A stretch of DNA of 64,000 nucleotides, taken from an uncultured virus (IMG/VR IMGVR_UViG_3300008111_000022). Its lineage: Duplodnaviria; Heunggongvirae; Uroviricota; Caudoviricetes. A program made the position numbers and the translations under genes. How positions within the stretch are numbered: position 1 is the stretch's first letter; each line of letters starts with the position of its first letter. This document shows positions 61,945 to 64,000 of the stretch, one piece after another. The notes below the pieces were generated by a model. The model had not been told where the DNA came from. It did no database searches and was given only the letters and a program-made list of their open reading frames with translations. Where the stretch lies: the IMG/VR virus record IMGVR_UViG_3300008111_000022. One strand, written 5' to 3'.

Positions 61945-62447
61945 TTTTTTAGTTTGTATGCGATAGTAACTCTTAAATCAGTGAAGTTTTTAGATGGTGA
62001 CTTACCACAGTGTAACCAGTTAGATGGGAACATTATAGCACTATTTGGCATTGGATGTATAGTGCTTATCACACCATCAGGATCAAGAATGACCGTTTCA
62101 CCACCCCAGGATAAATTCCAATTTCTCATTGGGTAATAAAGAAAAGTATATGCATTATCATCTTGATCATCGATATGGAATTCACCATCCAACCCAAATG
62201 TTTGACCATTTGCATAGACTCTCTCAATAGAAAGATCTTCACCAATATGAGTTTTGATTTTTGAGAATAGATCCTCAGTGAAAAAAGAATGATCCTCTAG
62301 ATTCATGTACCAGAAAAAATTCTTAGAGTCTGGATTACTCAAGTGCCAGAACTCCCAATTAGGTTGGGTCAAATAATTCCAAATATTATCTACTTGCTTT
62401 TTATCAAATATATCAAGGTATTGACTAATCACGTTGTCTCCAATCAT
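61941..62447 (-). CDS. 2OG-Fe(II) oxygenase
   Basis: RVYANGQ, GEFHIDD, WGGET, LHCG, RVTIAYK. Confidence 0.85.
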   Translation of the reverse strand: MIGDNVISQYLDIFDKKQVDNIWNYLTQPNWEFWHLSNPDSKNFFWYMNLEDHSFFTEDLFSKIKTHIGEDLSIERVYANGQTFGLDGEFHIDDQDDNAYTFLYYPMRNWNLSWGGETVILDPDGVISTIHPMPNSAIMFPSNWLHCGKSPSKNFTDLRVTIAYKLKK

Positions 62448-62745
62448 CTGGTTTATCTTCTGCCCACCAGTCTACCATATCATCGACACTTTCAAAACTT
62501 CTTTTACCGAAACGTTCGTGTCCAGTGCCACCGATGTCAAGTTGATTCAAAAAATCGTCTAGATCTCCTTCTTGCATATCAGGATTTTCTGCTTTTCTTC
62601 TTGCCTGACGAAGTATTGTTGCTGCTGATCGATTTACTTTGGCAAGTTTTTCTGCCCAAATCATATCTTCTAAACTTACTTCTTTACCCCCTACAATGTT
62701 TTCACATATTGATTCAAGACGTAGGCGATATTGTGTCGAAAGCAT
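62425..62745 (-). CDS. Conserved cyanophage hypothetical protein
   Basis: MLSTQYRLRLESIC...DMIWAEKLAK...DDWRQRD. Confidence 0.7.
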   Translation of the reverse strand: MLSTQYRLRLESICENIVGGKEVSLEDMIWAEKLAKVNRSAATILRQARRKAENPDMQEGDLDDFLNQLDIGGTGHERFGKRSFESVDDMVDWWAEDKPDDWRQRD

Positions 62746-62764
62746 ATCATTCTCCAGATATAAC

Positions 62765-63428
62765 TTATTTATTTTTGGATTCTAACTCCTTCATCAACTC
62801 TTTGGCAAGTCTATTTGATCTTCTCCACATAGAATATCTTGCCCATGGTGTTTTTGGATTATGAATTGCCCACCAACGAAAGATTGCAAATTGATTCTGT
62901 ATAATTTTTGTAATATAAAAGAATGCTTTTGCAATACTTTCGTCTGTGACAATCAAATAGGCGACACAGGAAAAGATAATCAGATAGACATACTGTGTGG
63001 TCATCGCCTTATTGTTTTGAGGTATTCCAGAACATGCTCACGAACATCCATCAGTTCATTATAGCACTTCTGGTTGTGAGCACATTGCCTTAGTTCATGG
63101 TCTGGTTTGTGTACACTTTCGATAAACAAGTCCAATCCTCGATTCCACTTAACGTCAGGTGTTTCGTCCATAATCTACAATGTGATTGTACTATTTAACC
63201 AAAAAATTGATCGACAGTTGTACTTGCTTTTTTAGATGCCTTAATCTGCTTTAGGATATAAGATTTGGCAGCCGTGTAATTACTAGCAGTATGAACTTGC
63301 TGCCCATTATGAATGATAATGAATTTTTTACCCGTCCAAGGGACAGCAGCCCACATACCATCTTTGGTTACATAACCATTAGGATCTCCAGGTACATTAT
63401 TCAAAATGCCTTCGTTTTGAATGTTCAT
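62765..63428 (-). other. Small hypothetical genes (62765-63004, about 63001-63171, 63195-63428)
   Basis: Packed minus-strand ORFs. Confidence 0.55.
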
Positions 63429-63579
63429 ACCGCAGTCACACTGACAACTTTAGCAGTTGGATTTCGTGCCAGAGCAGTACGCTTAGCATCCTGATAATCC
63501 CGTGCTTCGACGTGCTCATAGAACACTTTACCAGCAACATACAATTCAACTTTGCAACGCATTGGTTTTCTCCTTAATA

Positions 63580-64000
63580 TCAAAAATTGAGATGATTATC
63601 GATTGCAGATTGAATCTGCTCAGAAAGTTGTGTTGGGGGAAGAATGGGAGTTACTTCACCGATGTCACACTTGTAGTAATCACCAAGACCAAACTTGGCA
63701 AACACTCCATCACCATCAGCAAAATAACGACTCCGTGCCACATCATCCTCAACAACAATGACTTGATAAGTCGTGAGGCATAGAACGATTGCAACGTCGA
63801 AGGTTTGATCGTTCTTGAAGTCTTCCAGAGTCTTTTTGTTACCCTGAAAGTTCTTCATCTTTATGACTTGAGTTTGGTGTGGTGTGCGTTTGTAGAACAG
63901 ATTTTGACGCATTTTCAATTCTACTTTCAAACCACCATACACAAAGTCATATCCAATTTGATCAACACGTTCCAAGTCAGAAAACTTGGCAAGTGCCTTT
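63580..64000 (-). CDS. Possible PD-(D/E)XK nuclease-like protein, 5' end outside the window
   Basis: GYD-x7-VELK motif; frame stays open to the window edge upstream of 63975. Confidence 0.45.
   Translation of the reverse strand, partial: KALAKFSDLERVDQIGYDFVYGGLKVELKMRQNLFYKRTPHQTQVIKMKNFQGNKKTLEDFKNDQTFDVAIVLCLTTYQVIVVEDDVARSRYFADGDGVFAKFGLGDYYKCDIGEVTPILPPTQLSEQIQSAIDNHLNF

Noticed and set aside
40..63783. Plus-strand ORFs in the track, including 60822-61535 (237 aa) and 38755-39273
   Set aside because: They are antisense shadows of well-supported minus-strand genes and have no recognisable motifs.
1..64000. tRNA, rRNA, introns or inteins
   Set aside because: None recognised by eye, and the large structural ORFs are uninterrupted. 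tRNAscan-SE and Infernal would be needed to exclude them firmly.

Overview
64 kb of a T4-like cyanobacterial myovirus (cyanomyovirus, Kyanoviridae-type) genome. Essentially all real genes are on the minus strand, and the plus-strand ORFs in the track look like shadows. Left half (1-32 kb) is the AT-rich late virion module in T4 order: gp25, gp6, a giant gp7, gp8, a DUF4815/VrlC-like protein, gp13, gp14, gp15, gp16 and candidate internal head proteins, with TATAAATA late promoters. 32-34.6 kb holds speD and small conserved genes. Right half (34.7-64 kb) is the early/accessory region of many small genes. It includes CP12, five 2OG-Fe(II) oxygenases, an RlpA-like protein, an apparently split adenine methyltransferase, an NDP-sugar dehydratase and a ligase-like protein. 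The most notable signals are non-coding. (i) About 14 early promoters share a TGTGCCA-N10-TGGCACA palindrome 28-31 bp upstream of the -10 box; four of them look leaderless and one is bidirectional, apparently driving a small RNA. (ii) At 39.66-40.2 kb, helically phased TCTCG-W-CGAGA repeats precede a perfect antisense sigma70 promoter and an AT-rich tract, a candidate R-loop replication origin. (iii) A second inverted-repeat family, TTCTCAATAA-N7/8-TTATTGAGAA, has Fur-like half-sites. All family calls come from motif recognition and synteny; no searches were run.
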